The translations under genes were made by a program, and so were the position numbers. The notes under the pieces were generated by a model. The model searched no databases. It was not told the DNA's origin and was given only the letters and a program-made list of their open reading frames with translations. Source: an uncultured Bacillales bacterium (lineage in GTDB: Bacteria; Bacillota_I; Bacilli_A; RF39; UBA660). From it: a DNA stretch of 62,999 nt. How positions within the stretch are numbered: the first letter of the stretch is position 1; each line of letters starts with the position of its first letter. The stretch covers positions 1-62,999 of the forward strand of contig CAOJDP010000004.1 of assembly GCA_948433085.1 (NCBI GenBank), read 5' to 3'. Below, one piece after another: positions 1 to 9,631 of the stretch.

Positions 1-160
1 GAAAAAAATTAGTGAACCTCTTATTATTCACTAATTTGAGGGCTGAGTAGTAACTTTGAATTAGAATTAATCTTTTTTTTATTTAAATTCCTTTAAAAAA
101 AATTATTTTTCATATATAATATTAATATGTCTAACTTTCTTAGACAGCTAGGAGGATTCT

Positions 161-430
161 ATGAATGAATTTAAATCATTAGAAGAACTGTATCTCAGAA
201 TCAAACCTGCATTGCATACAAAAAAAGAAGAAATGAGACGTGCAGGATATGAATATGTAAAAACAGAAGATATTTGGAATTATTTAAAAGAATCGATTTG
301 GCAAAAAGCAAGCAATTTATCATTGTATCAAATGGTAAGTGATATTTTAAATACAGAAGATGCGTTGATAGATGCTTATTTAAAAGAAAAGTTGAATTTG
401 CGAGATCGAACCGTATATTTTGAAGAATAG
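161..430 (+). CDS. comN: ComN/YrzD-like post-transcriptional regulator (small protein upstream of secDF)
   Basis: 89-aa ORF with a GGAGG RBS. It sits directly upstream of secDF, as in Bacillus. The pattern ..PAL..K..E....GY..V...DIW.YL....W matches my memory of the ComN family. Confidence 0.6.
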   Translation: MNEFKSLEELYLRIKPALHTKKEEMRRAGYEYVKTEDIWNYLKESIWQKASNLSLYQMVSDILNTEDALIDAYLKEKLNLRDRTVYFEE

Positions 431-441
431 TGGAGGTAATT

Positions 442-2676
442 ATGAAAAAACAAGGAATATTTAAATCATTTTTAATCATTGTTATTATACTAGGAATAAT
501 TGGTGTTTTAAGTCCAACCTTATTTCGAAACTTAAAATTTGGACTAGATTTAAAAGGTGGCTTTGAAGTCCTTTATGAAGTACAAGGATTAAATGGAGAA
601 GCTGTTAGCAGTGATATGGTTACAAATACTTACAAAACTATGTTGAAAAGAATTGATGTATTAGGCGTATCAGAACCTGTAATCACAATAGAAGGCGATA
701 ATAAAATTCGTGTACAATTAGCGGGAATTACAGATGCAGAAGAAGCACGTAAGATTTTAAGTCAAGCCGCAAACCTAACTTTCCGTGATACAAAAGATCA
801 ACTTTTGATGTCTAGTGATGTTTTACATAGTGGAGGCGCAAAAGTAGGGCAAGATAACAAAGGAAGACCTGCCGTTTCCTTAAGTGTCAAAGATAAAGAT
901 CAATTTTATCGTGTTACAAAAAATGTAAGTGAGATGAGTGACAATCGTATTGTTATTTGGTTAGATTTTGATGAAACAAGTGGCTTTGCTAAAGAAGAGG
1001 CTAAATGTGGAAGTCTTGGAAACTCTAAATGCTTATCTGTCGCAACCGTTGGAGAAGGTTTTGCAAGCGATGTTATTATTCAAGGCAATTTTACTCAAAA
1101 AGAAGTAAAAAATTTAGTAGACTTAATTAATTCAGGAAGCTTGCCAACGAAACTAGAAGAAATTTCATCCAAAACAGTAACTGCTAGTTTTGGAATGAAT
1201 TCCTTAGATAAAACAGTAAAAGCAGGCATAGTTGGAATTTCACTTATTATCCTACTTATGATTGTAATTTATCATTTTGCAGGTGTTATCGCTTCTCTTG
1301 GAATGATTATTTATACTTTTTTGACATTTGCTATTTTTTGGTTAATTGGCGGTGTTTTAACATTACCAGGGATTGCAGCAATGCTACTTGGAATTGGCAT
1401 GGCAGTCGATGCAAATGTAATTAACTTTTCAAGAATTAAAGATGAGTTAAAAAAAGGAAAAAACTTTCAAGCTGCTTATAAAGCAGGAAATAAAAACTCA
1501 TTGGTAACTATTATTGATTCTAACTTAACAACTTTATTGGTTGCTGTGATTCTATTTATTTTTGGAGAAAGTAGTATCAAAGGATTTGCAACTATGTTAA
1601 TGATTAGTATATTGGTTACAATGTTTGTAATGGTATTTATTGCAAGGTATTTATTAAATCTATTTGTTAAAACAGGATATTTTGACAAAAGGGAAAACCT
1701 CTTTTTAGGGATTCAAAACAAAAATCTAAAAAAAGAAGAATGGAGAAAGTTTAATTTTATTAAATCAAGCCGTGTATTCTTTGCAATTTCTATCCTTTTA
1801 GTTGTACTTGGATGTGTTTCTTTAGGATGGAAAGGCTTGAAATTAGGAATTGATTTCAAAGGTGGCTCTTCTATTACATTACATAGCGAAAAAGGATTGC
1901 AAAAAGAAACCATTGAACAAGATTTAAAAAAGATGGGCTATACTTTATCAACCATAGAAATAAGAGATCAACAAACGATTGATTTGTTAATCGAAGAAAG
2001 CTTGAGCAAAGAACAAGTCTTAGAAACAGAAAAACATTTTCAAGAACAATATCAAGCAGAAAGCGATATTGGCGTTGTTTCCAATGTAGTAAAAAAAGAA
2101 TTGATTAAAAATGCCTTTTTATCCTTGTTACTTGCAAGTATTGGAATTGTGATATATATTTCAATGCGCTATAAATTTAGTTATGCAATTGGTGCTATTG
2201 TATCCTTATTACATGATGCTTTCTTAATTGTGGCAGTGTTTAGTATTTTAAACCTTGAAGTTTCAAGTATATTTGTTGCTGCAATTCTTTCAATTATTGG
2301 ATATTCTATCAATGATACAATCGTTTTATTTGACCGTATTAAAGAGAATATAAAAGAGAAAGAAAAGAATACAATTAAAAAGAAGGAACAATTAGAAGAA
2401 TTTGTTAACATGAGTTTAAGACAAACATTTACAAGAAGTCTTATTACTACGCTTACTACATTAGTGCCTGTTGTTTGTTTAATTTTTATGGGTGCACATG
2501 AAATAATTAATTTTAATATTGCAATGTTAATTGGTTTAATTGCAGGCTCTTATTCCTCTATTTGTATTGCAAGCCAACTTTGGTATCAAATAGAGAAAAG
2601 AACAATAGGGAAACCTAAAAAGAAAAAATGGTACGATGAACCTGAAGAATTGAAAATTAAAGGGGTTAATTCTTAA
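442..2676 (+). CDS. secDF: Protein translocase subunit SecDF (fused SecD-SecF)
   Basis: 12-TM architecture with two periplasmic-type loops. SecD/SecF motifs are present (LDLKGG, GIDFKGG, AVDANVI, INDTIVLFDRI). The ATG at 442 follows a GGAGG; the ORF-track start at 430 is a GTG inside the RBS. Confidence 0.93.
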   Translation: MKKQGIFKSFLIIVIILGIIGVLSPTLFRNLKFGLDLKGGFEVLYEVQGLNGEAVSSDMVTNTYKTMLKRIDVLGVSEPVITIEGDNKIRVQLAGITDAEEARKILSQAANLTFRDTKDQLLMSSDVLHSGGAKVGQDNKGRPAVSLSVKDKDQFYRVTKNVSEMSDNRIVIWLDFDETSGFAKEEAKCGSLGNSKCLSVATVGEGFASDVIIQGNFTQKEVKNLVDLINSGSLPTKLEEISSKTVTASFGMNSLDKTVKAGIVGISLIILLMIVIYHFAGVIASLGMIIYTFLTFAIFWLIGGVLTLPGIAAMLLGIGMAVDANVINFSRIKDELKKGKNFQAAYKAGNKNSLVTIIDSNLTTLLVAVILFIFGESSIKGFATMLMISILVTMFVMVFIARYLLNLFVKTGYFDKRENLFLGIQNKNLKKEEWRKFNFIKSSRVFFAISILLVVLGCVSLGWKGLKLGIDFKGGSSITLHSEKGLQKETIEQDLKKMGYTLSTIEIRDQQTIDLLIEESLSKEQVLETEKHFQEQYQAESDIGVVSNVVKKELIKNAFLSLLLASIGIVIYISMRYKFSYAIGAIVSLLHDAFLIVAVFSILNLEVSSIFVAAILSIIGYSINDTIVLFDRIKENIKEKEKNTIKKKEQLEEFVNMSLRQTFTRSLITTLTTLVPVVCLIFMGAHEIINFNIAMLIGLIAGSYSSICIASQLWYQIEKRTIGKPKKKKWYDEPEELKIKGVNS

Positions 2677-2690
2677 AGGAGGAATCCAGT

Positions 2691-3254
2691 ATGGATATAC
2701 AAATTTATACAGATTTAGAAGATAAAAACTACGTTTTGATTGATTTACCATCATTAATAAATGCTTACAAATATGCAGTGAATGTAAATAATCATCAAAT
2801 GGCTAATTCATTTTTGACATTATTCCGAGAGGGAAAAGAAGAAAACAGAATTGAAAAAACAAGTTCAATCTATCATTTTTTGCAAACTTGCCCAACTTTA
2901 AAAGTAGATGAAATTAATTTTGAAAAAATAAAAGAAGCATATTTAATTGCCCGTTTACAAAATAATACAGCAATATTGCGTAGCCTAGGAAAAATACTAG
3001 GACATTGGGAACAATATGTACTAGATGAAAATGAATTGGAAGGACTTGCAAAAGAAATTATAGCATTACCAGAGCAAGTAAAATTCTATATTTTAAAATA
3101 TCATAATATTTCTATATATGAAAAAAAGAAAAGAGAAGAAGCCACTGAAGTTTATAAGACGAAGAAAGCCAAAAGTCCTGTAAAAATACCAATGAATAGT
3201 TTTGTAGAAATGGGAGATATTGAAAAAATATACATTAAAGATAAAGCTGCATAA
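2691..3254 (+). CDS. Hypothetical protein
   Basis: 187-aa ORF with a strong RBS (AAAGGAGG), in line with the secDF and rel genes. I recognise no motif. Confidence 0.55.
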   Translation: MDIQIYTDLEDKNYVLIDLPSLINAYKYAVNVNNHQMANSFLTLFREGKEENRIEKTSSIYHFLQTCPTLKVDEINFEKIKEAYLIARLQNNTAILRSLGKILGHWEQYVLDENELEGLAKEIIALPEQVKFYILKYHNISIYEKKKREEATEVYKTKKAKSPVKIPMNSFVEMGDIEKIYIKDKAA

Positions 3255-3273
3255 TTAAGAAAGAAGTGGGAGT

Positions 3274-5439
3274 ATGACTAAAAAAAATGCACATATTACA
3301 ATAGATGATCTTTTAAAGACAGTTTCAACTTATATGAATCGACCAAATGAGTTAAAGTTAATAGAAGATGCTTATCAGTATGCAGCAGAAAAACATTTTG
3401 GTATAAAAAGATTAACTGGAGAGGATTATATTGAACACCCTTTACAAGTTGCTTATATTTTAACAAAAATAAATGCGGATACTGAAACATTATGTGCGGC
3501 TTTATTACATGATATTTTAGAAGATTGTGATACTCCAAAAGCAGAATTAGAAGAGAAATTTGGAATGACAGTTGCAAATCTAGTAGATGGTGTTACAAAA
3601 ATTAATAAGCTTAACTTTGATAATGGTACCAATGCTACTAGCGCAACCCATAGAAAAATATTAGTAGGATTATGTGAAGATGTACGTGTAATTATTATTA
3701 AGTTGGCAGATCGTTTACATAATATGCGTACACTTTGGGTACATCCTGAAGAAAAACAAAAAGAAAAAGCGAAAGAAACATTGGATATTTTAACGCCAAT
3801 TGCGAGTCGTTTAGGTATGAATCATTTTAAAAGCGAATTAGAAGATTTGTCATTACGGTATTTAAAACCTGAGATTTATTTTGGGATTGCAGAAGAATTG
3901 AGTCAAACAAAAGTAGAAAGAGACAATGCTGTAAACGAAATGATGAAAAAAGTTTCAGAAATTTTAGCTAAAAATAGTATTCCTCATCAGATTAAAGGTC
4001 GTGCAAAAAGTATCTACAGCATTTATAAAAAATTAGACAAAGGAAAGAAATTTAACGAAATTTATGATTTACTTGCACTACGTGTTTTTGTTAATACAGA
4101 ACAAGAATGTTATCAAGCCTTAGGATTAATACATGCTATGTATCGTCCAATTCCAAAAAGATTTAAAGACTATATAGCAATGCCTAAAACCAACATGTAT
4201 CAATCCCTTCATACAACCGTATTTGGATTTGATGGGTATTTATTTGAAATTCAAATTCGGACTTATGAAATGGATGAAGTGGCTGAACGAGGCATCGCTT
4301 CTCATTGGTCATATAAAGAAAAAGGTAGTACCGTTGCTGTTATGCAAAATACAATGGAACAAAAATTGCAATTCTTTCGATCTATTATGGAATTAAATGA
4401 AGAACCAAATGATGAACAATTCATGAAATCAGTGACAGAGGATATTTTTAAAGATACCATCTATGTTTATACACCAGCAGGGGATGTCATAGAACTTCCA
4501 GCGGGCGCAACCCCAATTGATTTTGCTTATAAAGTACATAGTGGAGTTGGAGATAAAATGGTAGGCGCACTTGTAAATAATAATATAGTACCTTTAGATT
4601 ATGAATTACAAAATCAAGATATTGTAAAAATAAATACCAATAAAAATGCAATTGGACCTAGCCGCGAATGGATTCATATGGCAAAAACAACACAAGCAAA
4701 AAATAAAATTAGAACTTTTTATCGTAAAATGGATAAAGAAGAAAATTTAAAAAAAGGTGAGGAAATTCTTGCCAAAGAACTTAGAAAACGAAAAATCGCT
4801 TTCAATGATTTTTTATCAAATGAAAATAGCAATAAAATTGTTATGGAATCAAAATGCGAAGATTTAAATGAAGTATACAGAAATATTGGAAGTGGAAAAC
4901 TTGCAGTTGGCAGTGTAATTAATATGGTTACAGAAGAAAATAATACAAAAGAAGAAATTATTTTAAGGAAAACGCAAAATAAAGAAGTAGTATTACCAAC
5001 TGTTAAAAATGATATTGTCGTAGAGGGAATAGATGCAATTAAAGTGAATGTTGCTTCTTGCTGTAAACCAATACCTGGCGATAGAATTATGGGATACATT
5101 ACAAAAGGATATGGAATTACAGTGCATAGAATGGTTTGTCCAAATATTCAAGAATTAGAAGAGCGAATTATTGATGTAAAATGGAATACAAAAATTGCTA
5201 AACATTATCCAACGAACATCATAGTTAGGACGATGAAAAATGCCAATTTATTACTAGATATTATCGCCAAAACATCCAATAGTAATCTCTCAGTACAAAG
5301 TATTAATACATTACATAGTACCAATGATACTACATACGATATTACAGTACTAGTCGAGAGTAAAGAAACATTAATTAAATTTATAAATGAGATAGAACAA
5401 ATTCCAAATGTACTTGAAGTAAAGAGGTTGATTAAATGA
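3274..5439 (+). CDS. relA: Bifunctional (p)ppGpp synthetase/hydrolase, long RSH (Rel)
   Basis: HD hydrolase motif (HDILEDC), RelA_SpoT synthetase region (YRPIPKRFKDYIAMPK, LHTTV), then TGS and a C-terminal ACT-like domain. 721 aa. Confidence 0.93.
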   Translation: MTKKNAHITIDDLLKTVSTYMNRPNELKLIEDAYQYAAEKHFGIKRLTGEDYIEHPLQVAYILTKINADTETLCAALLHDILEDCDTPKAELEEKFGMTVANLVDGVTKINKLNFDNGTNATSATHRKILVGLCEDVRVIIIKLADRLHNMRTLWVHPEEKQKEKAKETLDILTPIASRLGMNHFKSELEDLSLRYLKPEIYFGIAEELSQTKVERDNAVNEMMKKVSEILAKNSIPHQIKGRAKSIYSIYKKLDKGKKFNEIYDLLALRVFVNTEQECYQALGLIHAMYRPIPKRFKDYIAMPKTNMYQSLHTTVFGFDGYLFEIQIRTYEMDEVAERGIASHWSYKEKGSTVAVMQNTMEQKLQFFRSIMELNEEPNDEQFMKSVTEDIFKDTIYVYTPAGDVIELPAGATPIDFAYKVHSGVGDKMVGALVNNNIVPLDYELQNQDIVKINTNKNAIGPSREWIHMAKTTQAKNKIRTFYRKMDKEENLKKGEEILAKELRKRKIAFNDFLSNENSNKIVMESKCEDLNEVYRNIGSGKLAVGSVINMVTEENNTKEEIILRKTQNKEVVLPTVKNDIVVEGIDAIKVNVASCCKPIPGDRIMGYITKGYGITVHRMVCPNIQELEERIIDVKWNTKIAKHYPTNIIVRTMKNANLLLDIIAKTSNSNLSVQSINTLHSTNDTTYDITVLVESKETLIKFINEIEQIPNVLEVKRLIK

Positions 5440-5885
5440 GAGTATTGGCCCAAAGAAGTTTAGCCTCTTCTGTTTTTGTAGAAGGAAAATGTATAGGAAA
5501 AATTGATAATGGAATGGTGGTATTTGTAGGATTTAAAGAAGGAGATACAATTGAAGATCTTCATTACTGTCTCCAAAAATTAATTCATTTAAGAATTTTT
5601 GAGGATGAAACAGGAAAAATGAATCAGTCGATATTAGATAAAAAAGGTAGTGTTTTAAGTATTTCACAATTTACATTATATGGAAATATAGAAAAAGGAA
5701 ATCGCCCTAGCTTTACAGAAGCACTCAATGCAGAAGCTGCCAATATGTTCTATAATCTTTGGAATAAAGAACTTGCAAAATATGTTTCCGTTGAAACAGG
5801 AATTTTTGGTGCTGATATGAAGGTAAATATTGTGAACGATGGACCTGTGACTATATTGATAGAAAGTAGGAAGAAAAATGATTAA
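5436..5885 (+). CDS. dtd: D-aminoacyl-tRNA deacylase
   Basis: 149 aa with the SQFTLYG motif. ATGA overlap with rel, the classical rel-dtd pairing. Confidence 0.9.
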   Translation: MRVLAQRSLASSVFVEGKCIGKIDNGMVVFVGFKEGDTIEDLHYCLQKLIHLRIFEDETGKMNQSILDKKGSVLSISQFTLYGNIEKGNRPSFTEALNAEAANMFYNLWNKELAKYVSVETGIFGADMKVNIVNDGPVTILIESRKKND

Positions 5886-6948
5886 AAATAAACCAGATTT
5901 TAAACTCATCAATTGTGCACTTATCGTATTTATTGTATTTCTAGTATACCGTACAGGAAATTTATGGTTGGGATGTATGACAACATTAAAAAAAATTATG
6001 ATTCCATTCTTTTTGGCATTTATTGTTGCCTATGCATTATATCCATTTTTGCAATATTTAATGAAAAGAAAAATTCCAAAAGCAATTGCAGTAATTATTA
6101 TTATCGCAATGATTATAGGAATTGTTGCCTTTTTGGGAATTACAGTTGTTCCACTCTTGTTTGGACAATTATCCAGTTTATTTAATGGGATTATTTCATT
6201 TATTAAAGAAATTTCTATGAAATATGACATTAATTTTGGTCCAATACAAGATACTTTATCGAATAGTTTCAATGAAATTATCATGTCATTGGGTAAATAT
6301 GTATCCAATGGCGCAATTAATATGATTGGAATTTCAATGGAGTACCTCTCAATTGCTTTCATTGCTTTTGCAGCTTCAATTTATTTCTTAATTGATATGG
6401 ATAAAATACGATCTTCTGTAAAAAAATATTTAAGAAGAAGAAATAAAAAAGCATTTAAATATGTATCTGCAGTAGATTATGAAATGAAACAATATTTAAC
6501 AGGCTTTTTAAGGATTATGATAATTACATTAATTGAATATTCCGTTGCCTATACAATTATTGGACATCCAGATGCACTATTACTTGGTTTTTTAGCAATG
6601 GTTGCCAATCTAATTCCATACTTTGGTGGAATGATTGCCAATATTGTCGCGGCTGTGACTTCATTTGTTATTAGTCCAGCAATGTTTATTAAAACATTAA
6701 TTGTGTTTATGGTATTATCATGGTTAGATGGCTATTTAATTAACCCACTTGTTTATGGAAAAACAAATAAAATTCATCCATTAATAGGAATATTTGCTGT
6801 TTTTGCAGGTGGAATATTGTTTGGAGTAGTAGGGGTTATTATTTCACTTCCACTTGCAATTATCTTGATTACTACATATAAATTTTATTGGGAAACAATT
6901 AGTGATAAAATTGAAGATATGAAGGAAAGGTCTGAGAAAGATTCGTGA
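5878..6948 (+). CDS. AI-2E family (PerM/UPF0118) transporter
   Basis: 356-aa polytopic membrane protein. The C-terminal pattern (IPYFGG...PL..G) is typical of UPF0118. Confidence 0.78.
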   Translation: MIKNKPDFKLINCALIVFIVFLVYRTGNLWLGCMTTLKKIMIPFFLAFIVAYALYPFLQYLMKRKIPKAIAVIIIIAMIIGIVAFLGITVVPLLFGQLSSLFNGIISFIKEISMKYDINFGPIQDTLSNSFNEIIMSLGKYVSNGAINMIGISMEYLSIAFIAFAASIYFLIDMDKIRSSVKKYLRRRNKKAFKYVSAVDYEMKQYLTGFLRIMIITLIEYSVAYTIIGHPDALLLGFLAMVANLIPYFGGMIANIVAAVTSFVISPAMFIKTLIVFMVLSWLDGYLINPLVYGKTNKIHPLIGIFAVFAGGILFGVVGVIISLPLAIILITTYKFYWETISDKIEDMKERSEKDS

Positions 6949-7543
6949 TAAGGATTCCTAATATTGGGATTAACAGGAATAATAATTTTGATATCCTAAA
7001 TGACATTTGAAGGTGTGTACAAAATCTAAAATGATTTTATACAACATAAAATAATCCTGAATCTTCACTTTATCATGACCACGAATCCTTTATACAATTT
7101 AAAAAGTTAGATTTAACTGACTATAAGTTTGGAATCGCTTGATTAAAAATAAATTTGAATAAAAATTAACTATTACATTGTAGTAGTTTTTTTAGTATAA
7201 GTATCTAAAAAATTTATTCAAAATAAGAAACTAGTGAAAAGCACAAATATTAATGAAATATTAGAAAAGAAATTTAATACAAAAAAGTTTAAAAACACTT
7301 GAAACACGAACAAATGTATGGTAAAATAAAAATAAGGAAAATTAAGTCATTAAAAGTTCTAATATGTTCTAGTTTTGTCGAATAGCTAAAATTGTTTTGA
7401 GCTTTATGGTAAAGTAAAGATAGGTGATAGTATGGAAAATTATAGACGCATGAATTTATTGTTTGACGAAATGTTTGAAGATGTGAAATATAGTAAAATA
7501 ATTGCATTTACAAGAACTTTATATGAAAAACAAAAAAAAGAAA

Positions 7544-9235
7544 CTATAGCGATATAGATTCTTTTTTTCTCTTTTGAATATCCATGATTACAGGTAATAT
7601 AATAGGTTTTCTTCCTGTTTTTTCATAAGAATAACTGGAAAGTTGTGTAATAATTTCTTGTTTTAAATCGCTATAATTAACAGGAACAGTTAATTTTGAT
7701 AGAATTGCATTTTTACAAATTTGTTCTAAATTATGCAACAATTCCTCATTTTCATTTACTAGAACAAAACCTCTAGTTGCAATATTAACCTTACCAAGTA
7801 ATTTTGTATTTTTTGTATCAATATTTGCAATAACAATAATAATTCCATCATTTGCCATAATCTTGCGATCTTTGATGACAGCAGCTCCAACATCTCCAAT
7901 ACGATTTCCATCTACATAAACATCTCCAGCAGGAATCATACCTGCTTTTTTTATATTGCCTTTATACATAGATAAAACTTCACCATTACTTAGGATAAAA
8001 GTATTTTCTTTTGGGATTCCACATAAAATACCTAAATCAGCGTGTTGTTTCAACATACGATATTCTCCATGAAATGGCATTAAATATTTTGGTTTCATAA
8101 GTCGGATCATAAGTTTTAATTCTTCCTGGTATGCATGACCAGATGTATGGATATCACTTAGCGAAGTATTTGTATAGACATCAACCCCCTGTAAATACAA
8201 CTTGTTAATTGTTCTAGAAATACTTAATGCATTTCCAGGAATCGCTGAAGATGAAAATATAACAGTATCATTGGGTTGTAGCTTAATAGAGCGATGTACA
8301 CCATTTGCGATGCGAGAAAGAGCAGCTAAGGGCTCTCCTTGACTACCAGTACATAATAGGCATACTTTATTCGGTGGTAAATGATTTGCTTCCTCAGGTG
8401 TAATAAAAATATCCTTGTGTTTGATATAGCCACCTTGAATAGAAATTTCAATATTATTTTCCATACTTCTTCCAAAAGTTGCAATTTTTCTCCCGTTTCT
8501 TTTACAGGTGTCAACAATGTGCTTTAAACGGTAAATGTTAGAAGCAAAAGTAGCGATAATAATTCTTCCATTTTTTCTTCTAAAAATTTCCTGTAATGCA
8601 TTGTCTACACGTGACTCACTTGCACTCATACCTTCATTCAAAGCATTTGTACTATCACTTAGTAATAATGTAACCCCTTTTTTCCCGATTGAAGCCATTT
8701 TATGAATATTAGTCATTGGACCAATAGGCGTCAAATCAAATTTAAAATCTCCAGTTGTTACAATTGTTCCATTAGGTGTCGTAATTGCAATTCCATGAGA
8801 ATCTGGAATAGAGTGAGTTGTACGAAAGAATTCCACCTCAATATTTTTAAACTTGATTTTCTTTCTTTCATCATATACCACGATATTTTTATATTGAATA
8901 TTTCTATCTTCTAATTTTTTCTTAATCAAACCAACTGCTTGATTTGGTGCATATATAATAGGAATCTGTACTGTTTGTAACAGAAATGGAATTGCACCTA
9001 TATGGTCTTCATGTCCATGTGTAATGAATAGAGCCTTGATTTTAGATTCATTTTTCTTTAAAAAAGAAAAATCTGGAATCACATAATCAACCCCCATCAA
9101 TTCATCTGGAAAAGTAATACCCGCATCCGTTATAATAAGTTCGTTGTTATGCATTACACAATACATATTTTTTCCGACTTCACCAAGGCCACCTAATGCA
9201 AAAATTTTAGTGTCCTCGTTGTTAAAAATTTTCAT
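7544..9235 (-). CDS. rnj: Ribonuclease J
   Basis: 563 aa. Metallo-beta-lactamase motif THGHEDHIG, beta-CASP region and an RNase J C-terminal domain. RBS AAAGGAG. Confidence 0.92.
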   Translation of the reverse strand: MKIFNNEDTKIFALGGLGEVGKNMYCVMHNNELIITDAGITFPDELMGVDYVIPDFSFLKKNESKIKALFITHGHEDHIGAIPFLLQTVQIPIIYAPNQAVGLIKKKLEDRNIQYKNIVVYDERKKIKFKNIEVEFFRTTHSIPDSHGIAITTPNGTIVTTGDFKFDLTPIGPMTNIHKMASIGKKGVTLLLSDSTNALNEGMSASESRVDNALQEIFRRKNGRIIIATFASNIYRLKHIVDTCKRNGRKIATFGRSMENNIEISIQGGYIKHKDIFITPEEANHLPPNKVCLLCTGSQGEPLAALSRIANGVHRSIKLQPNDTVIFSSSAIPGNALSISRTINKLYLQGVDVYTNTSLSDIHTSGHAYQEELKLMIRLMKPKYLMPFHGEYRMLKQHADLGILCGIPKENTFILSNGEVLSMYKGNIKKAGMIPAGDVYVDGNRIGDVGAAVIKDRKIMANDGIIIVIANIDTKNTKLLGKVNIATRGFVLVNENEELLHNLEQICKNAILSKLTVPVNYSDLKQEIITQLSSYSYEKTGRKPIILPVIMDIQKRKKESISL

Positions 9236-9631
9236 TCAATACTCCTTTCTTTTCAATTTGAAATCTAACTATAACATTATATCTTTTTTTTACCCTTTTG
9301 TAAATGGAAAATTTTACTTATTCGAGATAAAACAATGAAAAAAGAATAAGCAGACATCTATAAAGATAATCCATTCGTGAAGGAATAAATATTTTAAAAT
9401 AGCTAGAAAGATCACAATTAAAAAATGGATACTCTATATTTTTTCGTTTTAAAAATATGTGTACATTGACAATACATCATAAGAAATCTATTAAAAAAAC
9501 TTATTCTATAGTTTTCATTTGAAAAATTTCTATTGTAATTGTAGTAGTAAATTTCTTTCCATTTTTCAAATTAACTAGATTTTTTCTAGTCTTTTAGTGT
9601 ATAATGGAGAAGCAAAAGTAAGGTGACAAGT

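Noticed and set aside
7432-7557. 41-aa plus-strand ORF (MENYRRMNLLFDEMFEDVKYSK...) with a GGTGA RBS in the long rnj-downstream spacer
   Set aside because: It overlaps the 3' end of the convergent RNase J gene, and I recognise no family. Kept only as a note.
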